Source: the human T2T-CHM13v2.0 reference genome, Homo sapiens. From it: a stretch of DNA of 64,000 nt. Below are positions 29,271 through 46,097 of this stretch, piece by piece. The translations under genes were made by a program, and so were the position numbers. The notes below the pieces were generated by a model. That model was not told the DNA's origin and searched no databases. It saw nothing but the letters and a program-made list of their open reading frames with translations. Positions within the stretch are counted from its first letter, which is position 1; every line of letters begins with the position of its first letter. The stretch lies in assembly GCF_009914755.1 (NCBI RefSeq), contig NC_060925.1. One strand, 5' to 3'.

Positions 29271-32253
29271 ACATATCCACATACTCATACCAACATGGTT
29301 CATAATTGCCCAAAACATAATTGCCCAAAACAGTCCAAATGTCCATCAAATAGTCAATAGTCAATGTGGAAGGGAAACATTCCATACAACAGAATACTAT
29401 TCAGCAATAAAAAGGAATGAACTACTTAGATGTGGAACAACATGAATGATTCTGAAAAACATTACTCTAAATGAAAAGAAGCCAGAGAAAAAAGATTACA
29501 TATTATATAACTCTTTAGATGAAATTTCTAGAAATGGCAAATATAGAGACAGAAAATACATTGGTTTCTGGGGACTGGGAGGTGGGCACAGGGACTGACT
29601 GCAAATAGGTATCAGGGACTTTTTGGGGTGGTAGAGACATTCTAAATTAGAAAATGATGATGATACACAATTGTATAAATTTTCTAGAAATCATTTAACT
29701 ATAGTTACTTACAATGGGTGAATTTTATGATATATAAATTATACCTCACTAAAGCTGTTAAATAAAGTAAGGGAAGGAGGGAATGAAGGATTTGCCCTGC
29801 CTTTCTTCTAGGAACTATATTTCAAAGTAACAAAATTGCTGATTAGGAAAATTTCTTCTATAGAAAAATTCTAGCTAATAAATACAAAAGAATGACAATA
29901 TTAGAAAAATAGTAATGTGCAACCCCTAAGGAAAAAATGGATCTCAAGGGATACTACAGCTATTAGATGAAAAGCTGATGGGCGCCTTATAATGGAGGAA
30001 TCAGGCTGATGCTGCCTGGAGCCAAATTATCATTCTTAGCATCACTAAACGTAAAACAATCAGATATTTTATGCAACTTGACATAATGCTGTTAAGTACA
30101 CAGCACCAACTATGAAGATTTCTTGCCAAAGTAACAAAATAAGCCAGAATCTAATCAAACCTCTATGTCTAATTATCAGTTTATAAAACAAGTAATAAAC
30201 AATCCAAACAACATTTTAAGGAAGCAATCAGCCAAACCCAAACTGTATGACATGCTAAATGAGCTAGTTTTTCTAACAAATCCACAGTATTAAAAACAAA
30301 AAAGGTAGGACACTACTATAGGAAAAAAGAGAGAAATCGACATATATGGTGTGTGAACCACACCTTGATTGGATCCTGATTTTAACAAATCGATTGCAAA
30401 AAGACACTTTGAGGATAACTAGGGAAATCTGAATTATGACTGTTTGATCTTATTAAGAAATTACTGATTTTGTTAGGTGTGATACCAGCATGGTGGTTCT
30501 GTATTTTTTAAAGCCTTTATCTGTTAGAGGCCATACCAAAGTATTTGTGGTGAAATGACATAATGCATAGAATTTGCTTTTAAATATTCCAGCAATGCTC
30601 TTCAGGTGGCAGAGTGAACATGTAATAAGATTGGCAAAATGTCAAAAAATATTGAAGCTGGGTGACAGATACACAGGACTTCATCACATTCTATTCTCTC
30701 CACTGTTAGTGTGGGTATTATAAACTCGCTCATTTTTTTTTTAATTAAGGAACTGAAAAAGACTGCAAAACAGTACAGTAAGGGAGGAGTAAAAGACAAA
30801 AGAGCCCAAAGCACATTAGAGAGGTCAGGGATAAAGACTAACATGGAAGTAATTGGAGGATAGGTAATACATGAAGCCAAGTCTTTGGAGAGTATTATAT
30901 AAGGAGAGACCATAAACAAAGTATAAAAAGAGATCAGAGAAGAAAGCCAGTGAAATATTAATATTTGAAGATAGGGCAGAGAAAGATGAATTTAAAAAGG
31001 GTACCAAAAAATGGAATACTAGTGGTTGGGAAGAGAGCCCAAGAAAAAAAAAAAAAATCAGGGAAATCAAAGAAAGAAAATTTCCAAAAAATAATAACCA
31101 CTAAGTACTCTTCTTATAGCCTCAAAATTTCAAATCAAATGGGACAAAAAAGGCATTGTTTTTTAACAGAAGAATTTCAAAATGAGAGAAATGTGTATCT
31201 TCATTTTTTTCTAAGATACACAATTTCCCAGATACTGAACAAGATGTTCAGTAAATATTAAAATTCATATATCCATTAGCACCACACTGCCACCTAGCTA
31301 GTCTGCAACAGTGGAAAATATAACACCAAGGGCTAGAACAGCTATACAAAATAAATAAGATATTGACATTGGCCATAAAGAGTTATTTGGAGAAGAGTCA
31401 CTAAACTATAAGCTCCATGAGACAGACAATGGGCCAGACTCTTCTTCCCTCTAATACTCAGATTCTTGCATGTTCCAGGCTACATGTTTCTACATTGCTG
31501 AAGTCGCAATGGGGCCAGCAGGGGAGGCCAAATGGAAAGGAAAGTTAATAATGATTATGCTCAATTTTACTGGCCTTTTGAGCCACATTTATACATTAGA
31601 TCAATCTGTTGATCCCAGAGCCCTTTCAAATTACAAAGATAAATTAACGGAGCTTTTCATTTAACACTCAGAGCTTAAAAAGTGTACACTTTTGCATTGC
31701 TGCTCTCACAAATAGTTGTATCTTTTTATAGTTATTCTAAGTAGTTTGAAGAATTTACTTGTTATGCAGAGCCTTGAAAAAATGTGTTTTTCAAATAATT
31801 TATTAATGTAATGAATGCAATGTAAAGTGCAAAAGCATATATTTTAAGCTACCATTACTTTGATCTGTTATTCACTCTCTTGACTTGAAATACACTGAAG
31901 TAGAAGACATATTTCTGTTTGCAGGGGAAAATCTCAACTAACATAAATTTCTGTCATTATATCACAAACACCCCATATCATTTTAATCAATAAAAAGCTT
32001 AAATAAGTCTCTGTTTTCCACAGACCAAACACACAAAAAAAGAAAGAATTCTCAGCCTCTCTGCAGCATATATATCTTTTATTATTTCCAGGAATATTCT
32101 GAAATTCTAAAAAGTATTAAAAAGTCTCAGCTCAAGATTTTTAAAGTTCTACTAACCCCTTTTAAACTTTTATTTAACCCAAGATTAAAGATCATAAGGA
32201 TAATAAATCCTAAAATGTCTTAGAATCAGGAATTAAAAAGTTAAAAAACTTAC

Positions 32254-32302
32254 ATTCAAGCTGTGTAACCACATCTCCAGGATCTACTGCGTCCGGGAAC
32301 AC
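32254..32302 (-). CDS. SPATA6: SPATA6 coding exon 3 (VFPDAVDPGDVVTQLE+1 nt, 49 nt)
   Basis: Acceptor ...cactatag|GTG preceded by a pyrimidine tract on the minus strand; donor T|gtaagt. Continues the frame from exon 2. I found no further exon in 1-32253, so intron 3 runs off the window. Confidence 0.93.
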
Positions 32303-32802
32303 CTATAGTGAGACGATACAGGGAGAGGCAGGAAGGAAGATATATATTTTTTTTCTCCCTTCATCCCCAAAATATCATTCCTTTCACAATCACAGAAACT
32401 TTTGACATTATTGAGAACTGTCAGTTCCTCTCTCCTTCCCATCACTACAAAAGATTCTACAAATAACCTTTATAGCTTGTGCTGCCTCCGTCTCCAACTT
32501 CCTCTGCTAGCATTCTTCCTCTTGTTACCATGATCATACCAGGCCTTCTTGGTGTTCCTCCAACCCATCAAGATTATTTTCAACTACAAGCCTTTATATT
32601 TGTTTTTCCTCTGCTTAAAATGCTCTTCTCCTAGACCTTCAAATAAGAGTAATATAGTCTCATAATTCAGGCTCAGCTTAAATGTTATTGCCTTCTCTGA
32701 CCACCTTTTAAAATAGACAATCCCCCAAATCCCCTTACCCGCCCATTATTCTCTTCATGCACTTACCACTATCTAAAATTATTCACATATTTATTTGGTT
32801 AT

Positions 32803-33494
<692 letters not shown>

Positions 33495-33695
33495 TAATCA
33501 AGGGAAAAAAGGCAACTGATTCAATGCATATTTAATGCAAATTTTCAAGCTTCCAGGCTTAGGTTACAAATGTCCTTTTGAATTAAACCAAAGCACACAG
33601 TCAGCAGTAATAATTTGTGTTATAGGCTTTTATTCAAAAATTGGAACCACTTTGATGTTTTGTTTGTTAATACTTGATCTGATATTTGAACTCAC

Positions 33696-33833
33696 CTTTT
33701 CAAACACCATTCTGGCATTGAAGACCAGGGGAAAAGTGGCTGGGACACATTGTGTCTTTTTGTATTGGCCAAACACACAGATGCTAAGATAGATGTCCTC
33801 TTTGTCTTTAAGCACGACTCCTGGGCAAGTTAC
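33696..33833 (-). CDS. SPATA6: SPATA6 coding exon 2 ([46 protein letters not shown], 138 nt)
   Basis: Acceptor ...tttctttcag|GTA and donor AAG|gtgag. In frame with exon 1. Lies within ORF 33630..33908(-). Confidence 0.95.
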
Positions 33834-34409
33834 CTGAAAGAAATTAGATAAAATGGATGTAACTGCTTTATAAATTCCCTGAACTATCCTACTAAAATAA
33901 CTTATCAAATATTACATAAAAACATTAGTCTGGTAATCTAATAAAAAATACTCACAAATAAAGAGAGAGAGACAGAGACTAGTGTTTACAGAGTTAAATG
34001 AAATGCTTTTATAACTTCCATCCCTCTGAGAAAACTACAATTTTCCATTTGGTTACTTGTGCCACATTTGAAGTTCTATGTACTAGCTCTTGGGACAGAC
34101 ACTAATAGTTTTAAACAGTCAGCCTGAGGCTCCCACTTTATGCTGAATGCTGACATAAAGTTATTCAGCATCATTTAATCACAAAGGATTAACACTCAGC
34201 AGAAATAAAACACTATATTAGAGAATTTTAAAAAACGCTGATAAAAACCACAAATCTGACTTCTATCACCCAAAATCACAGTCCATAGATACCTTCATCA
34301 AAAGTCATATGACAAAGTTTCAAAGCTAATAAAATGAAAGTTTCTAGCCCAATAAAGTACTTTTTACTTTAACTTATTTAGTTATATAGTTAAGTGCATA
34401 TACCTTAAC

Positions 34410-34761
34410 TGTCTGTTTCCCCCATTACAACGAAAGCTCCCAGAGGGGAGGATTTTCCCTTGTTTACCATGTGTCCTCAGTGCCTAGAACAGTCCACAGA
34501 ATAGAGTAGGTTCTGGAGAAAAAGTAGAAAAGAAAGAAGGAAAAAGGGAAGGAAGGAAGGTGAGAAGGAAGGAAAAAAAGTGAGAAAGAAGGAAATTAAA
34601 AAGTAAGAAACACAATTGGTCATAATTAACCAAAAGCTGCAGTTTTAGGGGGAAAAAAAAGACAGAAAGAAGTACCAAGAAACAGTCATAAGTAAAATAT
34701 CATATATTCTTTTTTTTTTTTTTTAGATGGGGTCTCGCTCTGTCACCCAGGCTGGAGTGCA
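34410..34761 (+). repeat. Inserted copy of the local duplication (intron 1)
   Basis: Copy of 32803-33141 that includes only the last ~35 nt plus tail of the Alu. Flanked by the 20-bp direct repeat TTATATAGTTAAGTGCATAT (34382-34401 and 34763-34782). Confidence 0.92.
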
Positions 34762-35852
34762 CTTATATAGTTAAGTGCATATTAAATTGCACTTAACTAT
34801 CCTCATTGTGATTGACAGGAAATATAGGCAAAAAAATGTGTGGTTATTAAATAACACATAGCACAGTCTCTCCAGTACCTACCATATTCTATTGCCAGTG
34901 ATCAACTACACCCTCAGCAGGATATTAAAGGCTCTCTAAGATTTGAGTACAATATAATATTACCCAACACTCCCAACAACACATTCAAAGTATATTTTTT
35001 ATTGTTCTCTTTTCTTGACTCATGTTCTTTCATCATTGTATAATGTAACATAATATAATACAACGTAAGGAGCAGTAACTCCTTACTACTCCATTCCATC
35101 TCCTCCTCATTTATTCCTACCACCTGCCAAGACATACATCAATGAACATCTCCTACACCAAATTTCTCTTGATTCACCATTATTCAAGTCAACCTAATTC
35201 AAACATTTATTATGAACTTACTATATGCAAGTAAGTATGTCTTAAATTTCTGTAGCATTTTGTAATTATGGTACAAATCATTGTGTACATGCATTTTAAT
35301 TAAGAGGGTACATATCACCTCTTGATCATAAATTTCCTGAGGACAGAAATTTTCTTTTCCTCATCATTGTATCCAAAGATACAGACTTTCAGTATTAAGA
35401 AAAAGCATAGAGATTATCTAGTCTAGCTTTGAGTTTTTTATATGTGAAATAAACGGAGCCCCGGGAAAGTTAAAGTGATCTACTAACTTAAGGTCACAAA
35501 GTAAATGAGTCATAAGATTAAATAAGTTAATATATTCAAAGTGCTTACAGCAGTGCTTGACAGAACATTCATTAATACTATCACAATTATTAGATTAAAA
35601 ACCATATAACCTGCCATCTTACCACACTATTACGTTGAATAAATGACAAATACTTCACATCCTTTTGTACATACTAATTATCTTCTCTGCCAGCTATTTG
35701 ACTCCATCTCCCTCTTACTCTATGTTCCCCTTTTGCTCTAATATATTCCCAATTGATCATTAAAACCAGGGTCCTCAACAAATCTCATTCTGTCCATAAG
35801 GTTCATTTCTTGCTTTGCCTCATTAAAACTAAAATCGTCTTAGATTCCCTCT

Positions 35853-36482
35853 AAATCTGTGCTGTCCAAAATGGTAGGCACTAGCCAATTACGCCCAGAG
35901 ATACAACTAGTCTAACTTAAGAAGGGCTGTAAGTGTAAAATATGAAATGGGTTTTTAAGACTCAGTAAAAAAAATCTGTAAAACATTTCATTAATAACTG
36001 TTATATTAATTGCATGTTGAAAGGATATTTTGAATACATTGATTTAAATAAAACATATTATTACTTTTGACTACCTCTTTAACTTTTTTTTTTTTTTTGA
36101 GACAGTGTCTCACTCTGTCTGTCGTCCAGGCTGCAGTACAGTGGCACGGTCTAGGCTCACTGCAAGCTCCGCCTCCCAGGTTCCCGCCATTCTCCTACCT
36201 CAGCCTCAAGTAGCTGGGACTACAGGCACCCGCCACCACACCAGGCTAATTTTTTGTATTTTTAATGGAGACGGGGTTTCACCGTGTTAGCCAGGACGGT
36301 CTCAATCTCCTGACCTTGTGATCTGCCCATGTCGGCCTCCCAAAGTGCTGGGATTACAGGCATGAGCCACCGCACCTGGCCTACTACTTTAACTTTTTTA
36401 AATGTAGCTATTAGAAAATTTAACATTACATCCTTGCCTCAAATTTGAGGCTCTTATATTTTTTCTGGACAGTACTGCTCTA
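35853..36482. mobile_element. MER33/MER3-like hAT element interrupted by AluY (36084-36381, -)
   Basis: Ends GTGCTGTCCAAAATGGTAG... and ...TGGACAGTACTG; internal Alu flanked by repeated CTTTAACTTTT. Confidence 0.65.
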
Positions 36483-37803
36483 ATTGTCCTCATTGGAAAC
36501 TGCTGAAGCTCTATCCAATTTGTAACATATGCAAGAAGGCATTGTTTTTTTCATCTACAATTCTACAAATTCTGCTATCTCTTAAAAAAACACCCAGCAG
36601 CTTTCCAAAAAGAAAGCCAGAAAAGGGAGGTTAAAAGAAATCAGATGGGACAAACAGAAAATACCTAGCAAGGTGGTTGACTTAAATCACCTTGGCAAGC
36701 TATGACATAGACTTGGCAATTTAGAAGAGCATGCACATGTGCAAAGCTGTTCATGTGCCGAGAAATGACCTGAGAAAGCCATAACCCTTCACCTCTGGCT
36801 GACCTTGGGGCTTTGAGAAAGTTGGAAGTGAAGGCTAAGGCAGAGTTGCAAATGGCACCAGGGCACAGAAAGCATACCCCAACATATACACAGAGAACCC
36901 TGACAATGGCTGAAAGACCTCTTGGTTCAAACATTTAAGGAAATAGAAGGCCACTCTTTAGGAGAACATAAAGCTAATTGAGCAAAGCCATCAGTGGCTA
37001 CACATGACAAAGATTACAGATTTTACAAAGTTAGTTCAGGAAATTAATTAAACAAACAAAAAACAATAATACCAGACAATAACAAATTCAGGAGAAAGGG
37101 AGGGAGCTCTGATTTACACAGTCCCACATAATTTAAAAAGTCTAATTTTCAACAAAAATTGCAACATGCAAAGAAATAGAAAGCACAGCCTATACATGGG
37201 GGAAAAAAAAAAGAGCAGTCAATAAAAACTGTCCCTGAGGAAGCCCAGAAGTTGGGCTTACTAAACAAAGATCTGAAATCTATTGTAAATAATACAAAGA
37301 ACTAAAGGAAATCTTGTCTAATGATCTAAATGAAAGTATGGCAATGCTGTCTCATCAAATAAGAAATATCAATAAAGAGATAAAAATTTTTAACAGAACC
37401 AAATAAAAATTCTAGAGTTAAAAAAGTGCCAAAATTAAATTAAAAATTCACTAGAGAAGTTCAAGAGGAGATATGAGCTGTCGGAAAAAGAATAAGGGAA
37501 CCTGAAAATACGTCAATTAAAATTATCCAGTCTGATTAACAGAAGGAAAAATGAACAGAGTTTCAGACCTGTGGGATACCACCAAGCACAGTAAAATAAA
37601 TAGAATGAGAGCCTCAGAAAGGATATCACAAGAAATAATATATGAAATCTTCTGATGTTTAAAGAAAACCAATAAAAGAATCCAACAAGATCAAAGAAAT
37701 CAAGGGAGGATAACTTGAGGCCAGGAGTTCAAGACCAGCCTGGGCAACATAGTGAGAGCCTCTCTCTACAGAAAAAAAAAATTTAAAACTTTTTAAAAGA
37801 TCA

Positions 37804-38175
<372 letters not shown>

Positions 38176-39626
38176 TCAAGAAGAGAGAATCTTGAAAACA
38201 GCAAGATAGAAGTGATTCAGCAGGCATCAATAATCTTCAGTAAGATTAACGGCTGATTTCTCATCAGAAACATGAAGCCAGTAGGCAGAGTGATAACTGA
38301 CTCAAAGTGCTAACAGAAGAAAACTTTCAAACAATAATTCAATACCCACAAAAATTTTCTTTCAAAAAGGAAGTAAAACTAAGTGATTCCCAAATAAACA
38401 AATGAGATAGCTCATCACTAGCAGAACTTCCCTATCAAAAATACTTAAAGAGAATCTTTCAGGTTGAACTGAAAGGATACTAGACATAGGCTCATATCCA
38501 CATTAAGAAGAAAAAAGAGCACCAGTAAATGAAACTATATAAATATAAAAACAGTGTAAATGCATTTTTCTCTTATTTCTCCTATTTTATTTCAAGACAA
38601 TTACAGAAAGCAATAATTATAAAACTGTGCTGGTGTACTTATATTTATAAAAATGTAATTTGTATGACAATAATATAAAGGAAGGGAGGGAGAATAGAAC
38701 AAAATAGAAGAAAGGTTTTCTGTAATAGTGAAAATAAGTTAGTATTAATCCATACTAGATTATAAATTAAGATGCTAATTGTAAACCCCAGACAAGCACT
38801 AAGAAAGTAACTTTAAAACTACAGCTTAAAAAAAAGAAAATGTAAGTGGCACACTAAAAAATAATTAACACAAAAAAAGCAATAGTGGAAGAATAGACAA
38901 AATAGTCACAGAAAACAAAAGACAAAATGACACAAGTAAATCTTATCTGTGGTTACATTAAAGATAAATTGACTAAACACTCCAACCAAAAGGTATAGAT
39001 TGGCAGAATGGATTCAAAACTATGATCCAACTATTTTTTGGCCATAAAAAGAAATAAACTACTATTACGTGCTACAACATGGATGAACCTTAAAAGCATT
39101 ATGTTAAGTGAAAAAAGTTTTAAAAGCACAAGGCCAGATGTAGCCACTCTTTTTGCTGTCTTTTTTGCTGACTGTCAGTGGGCAGAGTATCCAGGACTTC
39201 TTTTCCCAGAGGCAACCCTGTCTGCTCATTTTTGGCTGTCTACTCTAACAAACTGATTAATGGATAGGCAAAATATGGTATGTCCATACAATGAAATATT
39301 ATTCACCATAAAAAGAAAGAAAGTACTGATACGTGCTACAAGAGGGATGAACCTTAAAAGCATTATGCTAAGTAAAAAAAAGTAAGATACAAAAGGCCAC
39401 ATATTGTTTGATTCCATTTATAGAAATGTCCAGTATAGGCAAATCTACAGATACGGGAATTAGATCCAGGGGCTGGTGGGAGAGGGATAATAGGGAATGA
39501 CTACTAACAGATACAGGATTTTTTTATATGGTGATGAAAATGTTCTGAAATTAGTAGTGATTTTTGCACAACTTTGTGAATATACTAAAATTTACTAAAT
39601 TGTACACTTTAAAAGGGAACATTTCA

Positions 39627-39927
39627 GTCAGGCCTGGTGGCTCACACCTGTAATCCCAGCACTTTGGGAGGATGAGGCAGGTGGATCATGAGGTCCGGAG
39701 TTTGAGACCAGCCTGGCCAACATAGTGAAAACCCATCTCTACTAAAAATAGAAAAAATTAACTGGGCGTGGTGGCAGGCACCTGTAATCCTAGCTACTCG
39801 GGAGGCTGAGGCAGGAGAACTGCTTGAACCCAGGAGGTGGTGGTCGCAGTGAGACAAGATCGCACCACTGCACACCAGCCTAGGCAACACTGCGAGACTC
39901 CATATCAAAAAAAAAAAAAAAAAAAAA
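39627..39927 (+). mobile_element. Alu (AluS)
   Basis: Dimeric Alu with A-tail. Confidence 0.92.
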
Positions 39928-40678
39928 GAACGTTTCATGGGATGTGAATAATATTGCAACTTCAAAAAGATAAAGACTAATAAAAGTGAAATGAGGGAAA
40001 AGATCTATCATCTAATTACTAATCATAAAAGCTGGGGTAGTTATGTTAATATGACATAAAGTAGACTTCAGAAAGAGAAAAATCACCAAGGATAAAGTGG
40101 AACATTTCATATTGATTAAAAGTTTGATTTACTAACACAATCAAATTAAATTAAATATAATAGCATCTAATTATACAGTGTCAAAGTAAATAAAGCAAAA
40201 AATTACACATTTGAATTTCAGTACTTCCCTTTCAATAACTAACAAAAATAAGCAGTCAAGTAATCATTAAAGATATAGAAGATATAAGCAATATTTACTA
40301 ATTTGACCTAAATGACATTTACAGAGTACTTCATCCAACAACAGAAGGATACACGTATTTTTTTCCAAGGGCACATAAAAACATTCACCATGATAGATGA
40401 TACTGTGAGTCATAAAACAAGTCTCAATCAACATAAAAGGACATAAATTTTTTTAAAAAATCATGCAGAGTATATTCTCTAACCAGAATGAAATTAAACT
40501 AGAAATCAGTAATGGGAAAATATCTGAAAAAAATACCTAAATATTTGGAAATTAAATAACAGGGTCCTAAATCACTCATAGGTCAAAGAAGAAATTATAA
40601 GACAAATTAGAAAAAAACTTCCAACTGAATAAAAGTGAAAACACAACGTATCAAAATTTGTGGGATGTAATTAAGTCA

Positions 40679-41001
<323 letters not shown>

Positions 41002-41669
41002 TAAATCTTCGAAATTCTTTTAATTAATTTTCTGTTTGGAAAAAAAGCATTTGACAAAATTTAAGCCTCATTCATAATAAATGTTCTCAGCAAACTCAGA
41101 AGGAAATTTCCTCAACTGAAAAAGAATATCTATGCAAAAGCCTAAATCTGATATCAAACATACTTGACACTGAAAGACCGAATAATTGCCCCTAATATCA
41201 GCAAAAAGTTAAGAATGTCCACTCTCAACACCTCTATACCACAATGCACCATAGGTTCCAGCCAGTGCAGAAGGACAAGAAAAAGATATTTGGAAATGAA
41301 AGAAATAAAAGGCACACAGTTTGAAAAGGAAGAAGTAAAACAATGTATTTTCAAACATCTTAGTTGTGACCTATTGCAAAATGTGCTACTAGAAATAATA
41401 GGGAAATTTCACAGTCACAAATGAAAATTGGCAGATATTTAAAAAGAGAGACTAAATGAGAATTTTGGAAAATTTAGTCAATTAAGTTAAAAATCCCAGA
41501 ACAGGAGATAAATTTTAAATTATTAAGTACAAATTTAATATTGAAGAATTATCTAAAAACAATAAGTTTTTTTTTTAATGTTAAAAAAAAAGCATTTAGG
41601 AGCCTCTCTGAACCTGTTCTGGTTCAAGGGCTGCCTGATAAATTTAAAGAATAATAAATAAAGCTCTTA

Positions 41670-43038
<1,369 letters not shown>

Positions 43039-43436
43039 AATATGATAGCTAAGAATTTTCAAGAACTACAGAAAACCTTAAATTCTGAAGTGGAAAGCAT
43101 ACACCCAGTGCAAAACAGAATAAACAAATAAATCCACAGCTCTATACATCACAGTGTACTGAAATACATCAAGGATAAAGTGAAAATACATAATCATAGT
43201 GAAGATTTTAATACCTCTCCATTACAAATGGGTAGATCATGCAGACAAAAAATTTAATATGGAATTGAATTTCAGAGTAAGTAAGATTGGTGTGATAATG
43301 ACAGATAGAGCCATACATCCAACAAATGAGATTATATATTATTTTAAGCAAGTAGAGAGCATTTACAACAATTGGATAAGTATCAGGACACAAAGGAAAT
43401 AACAAACATAATAACATAGAGACCTTGTTCACTAGC

Positions 43437-43946
43437 TATGATGGTTAATTTTATGTATCTACTTCACTGGGTTAAGGGATACGTGAGTAGCTGGTAAACA
43501 TTATTTCTTGGTGTGTCTGTGAGGATGTTTCCATAAGAGATTAGTATTTGAATCAGCAGATTGAGTAACAAAGACCACCCTCACCAATGTGGGCAGGGAT
43601 TATACCATCTGTTGAGTGCAAGGATAGAACAAAAGGTCAGATTAAGGGCAAATGTGCTCTCTCTCCTTGAGCTCGGACATCCATCTTTTCCTGCCCTGGG
43701 ATAACAGAACTGCAGGTTCTCAACCCCTCAGACTCCAAGACTTACACCTGGTTCTCAGGCCTTTGTACTCAGATTGAATTACATCACCAAGCTTCCCTGG
43801 TTCTGCAGCTTGCAGACAGCTTGCAGGCAGCATATCATGGGACTGCAAAGCCGTCATCAAGTGAGCCAATCCCCATAATAAATTCCCTATTAAATAACTA
43901 TATAGTATATCCTATTGGTTCTGTTTTTCTGGAGAACCCTAATACA
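43437..43946 (+). mobile_element. MLT2 (ERVL) solo LTR
   Basis: TATGATGGTTAATTTTATGT... start and ...CTATTGGTTCTGTTTTTCTGGAGAACCCTAATACA end. Confidence 0.85.
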
Positions 43947-45879
43947 TGACCCCAATGCAATTCATTAAAATACCACAATAAAAGATAATATATATGTATA
44001 TGTGTAGGTATGTATGTGTATAGGTAGGGGGGAGAGTATGAGTATGGGAGAGTGTTACACACACGTAAATCTTATGCATCTTGGAATTAAAACAAATCCT
44101 AGATAGTTCATAAGCTAAAGTAGAAATCATAATAAAAATTATAAAATATTTAGAGCCAAATGATTTTAAAACATTATCAATAGCTTTGAGATGCCAGTTA
44201 AACAGCAACTGGAAGCAAATCAAGTGCCTTAAAGGCAGATATTACAATGAGAAAAAATATTGCAAATTGCAGAGAAGTGGTAAATACAAAATTCAGGATA
44301 CCGATTGGCCAAAAAGAAGAAGGAAAAAGGGATTTTATTAGGCAGAGATTTACAGGATGCTTCACCTGGATGGGTACACAGGTGTTCATTAAATGTTACT
44401 CTATAACTTCCTATATGTCTGAAATATTTCAAAATAAATGTTTTAAAAATAAGTGAAAAAAAGTAGTTGACTCATAAAGCTAAAATCTCTCTACAAATAC
44501 AAATAAAAGATCCTAAATAAAAAATTAGCCAACCAAATCCAGCAAAATAGAGTAAAAACTGTACATCCTGACTTAAAAGAACTTATTACAGGAATAGGAA
44601 TAGTTCAACATCAAAAAGTGTCATTTTTTTACAGACTATGAAAGCATTATTATATAATAATTTCACTGGATTAAAAAAAAACATCCCAAATAACTCAACA
44701 TTCAGGATTTTTTAAAATTAGAATAGAAGGGAACTGCACTAACTCAATAAATGAAAACCCTACAGCCAATATTCTATTAGGTTCAACTACATTTGAAATG
44801 GCTGAGGTTTTTTTAAGCCAAAAAAATGGCCCATTATCAGCGATTTCATAGGATTTGGTCTAATGATGGTGAGACTTCAGAAGCATAATTTAAAATTAGA
44901 AAAAACGACAAAGATACCTACTTTGTTATCCCTAACATTAAACACTATACTAGAAATTCTAGCCATCAACATAAAGACAAGGCAAACAAAACAAAACAAA
45001 ACAAAACAAAGGATTGTACTGCAAAAGTCAAAACTGTCTATTTTCAAACAACGTCATTTTCCACATAAAAAATACAACTATTGAAATAATGTTATTTCAT
45101 GTTATTTAATGTTGCATCCAAAATTAAAATATAAAATGTGCAACAAAGATATATACAAGAATGCTCATAGGAGCACAATTTGTAATATCCCCAAACTAGA
45201 AACAATGAGAATGTCCATCAACAATAGGAAGAATAAATAGTGTTATATTCATTTAAGAAGGGAAAAAAGGGTTATTGCCTCATAAACCACAAGGATAAAC
45301 TCCCACAAATTGGTTAGACATAAAAGAATTCAGACCATACAAAATAGACAGATCATAGATAGATATAGCTAGATTTCAAAACTTCAAAATATATTGTAAG
45401 AGAAGTCAAGATGTGGTTACCTTTGGGAGAGGAACAGGGGTAGGTGAAGTGGCAGGAGGGAGACAGCCCAATGGAGCAATCTGGGGTTCTGATAATATTC
45501 TAATTATTGGTGATTATACATTTACGATTTGTGTACTTTATGAATATATGCTATAGTTCCATAAAAAACTTAATTTAAAAAATCAATAACGCAATAAATA
45601 TATACAAGTTTGTCAAGTAAAATAATCATTTTAAAAATCAATAGCATTCTTTGTTTACCAGAAACGAAAAAATTAGAAAATGAAAAACATGCAGTACTAA
45701 AAAGAGCAAAAACAAAGTAAAATATAAACTTCAACTAGACGATCTTTGAAAATTCCATTACACATAACCAATAAAGGTTTAGTATCCAAAATATATTTAA
45801 CAAGAAGAAGAAAACAAGAATACACTTTTAAAGGACAAAGGATATTGGTAGTCACAGAAAAGGAAACCTCTAGGATCCA

Positions 45880-46097
45880 AGATTGGAGTTAAGCAGCCAC
45901 AATCCAAGGAATGCCTGGAACCATCAAAAACTAGAAGAGGCAGGAAAGATTCTCCCCTAAAGCTTTTGAAAGGAGCACCGTTCTGCTGACACTTTTATTT
46001 TGTACTCTGGCCTCCAGAAATGTGAGGGAATAAATTTCTGTTGTTTTAAGCAACTACGTTTGTGATAATTTGTTATGACAGTCCTAGGAAACTAACC
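45880..46097 (+). mobile_element. MLT1 (MaLR) LTR 3' fragment
   Basis: CCAAGGAATGCC...GATTCTCCCCTA...TGGCCTCCAGAA...AATAAATTTCTGTTGTTTTAAG...CTAGGAAACTAA. Confidence 0.75.
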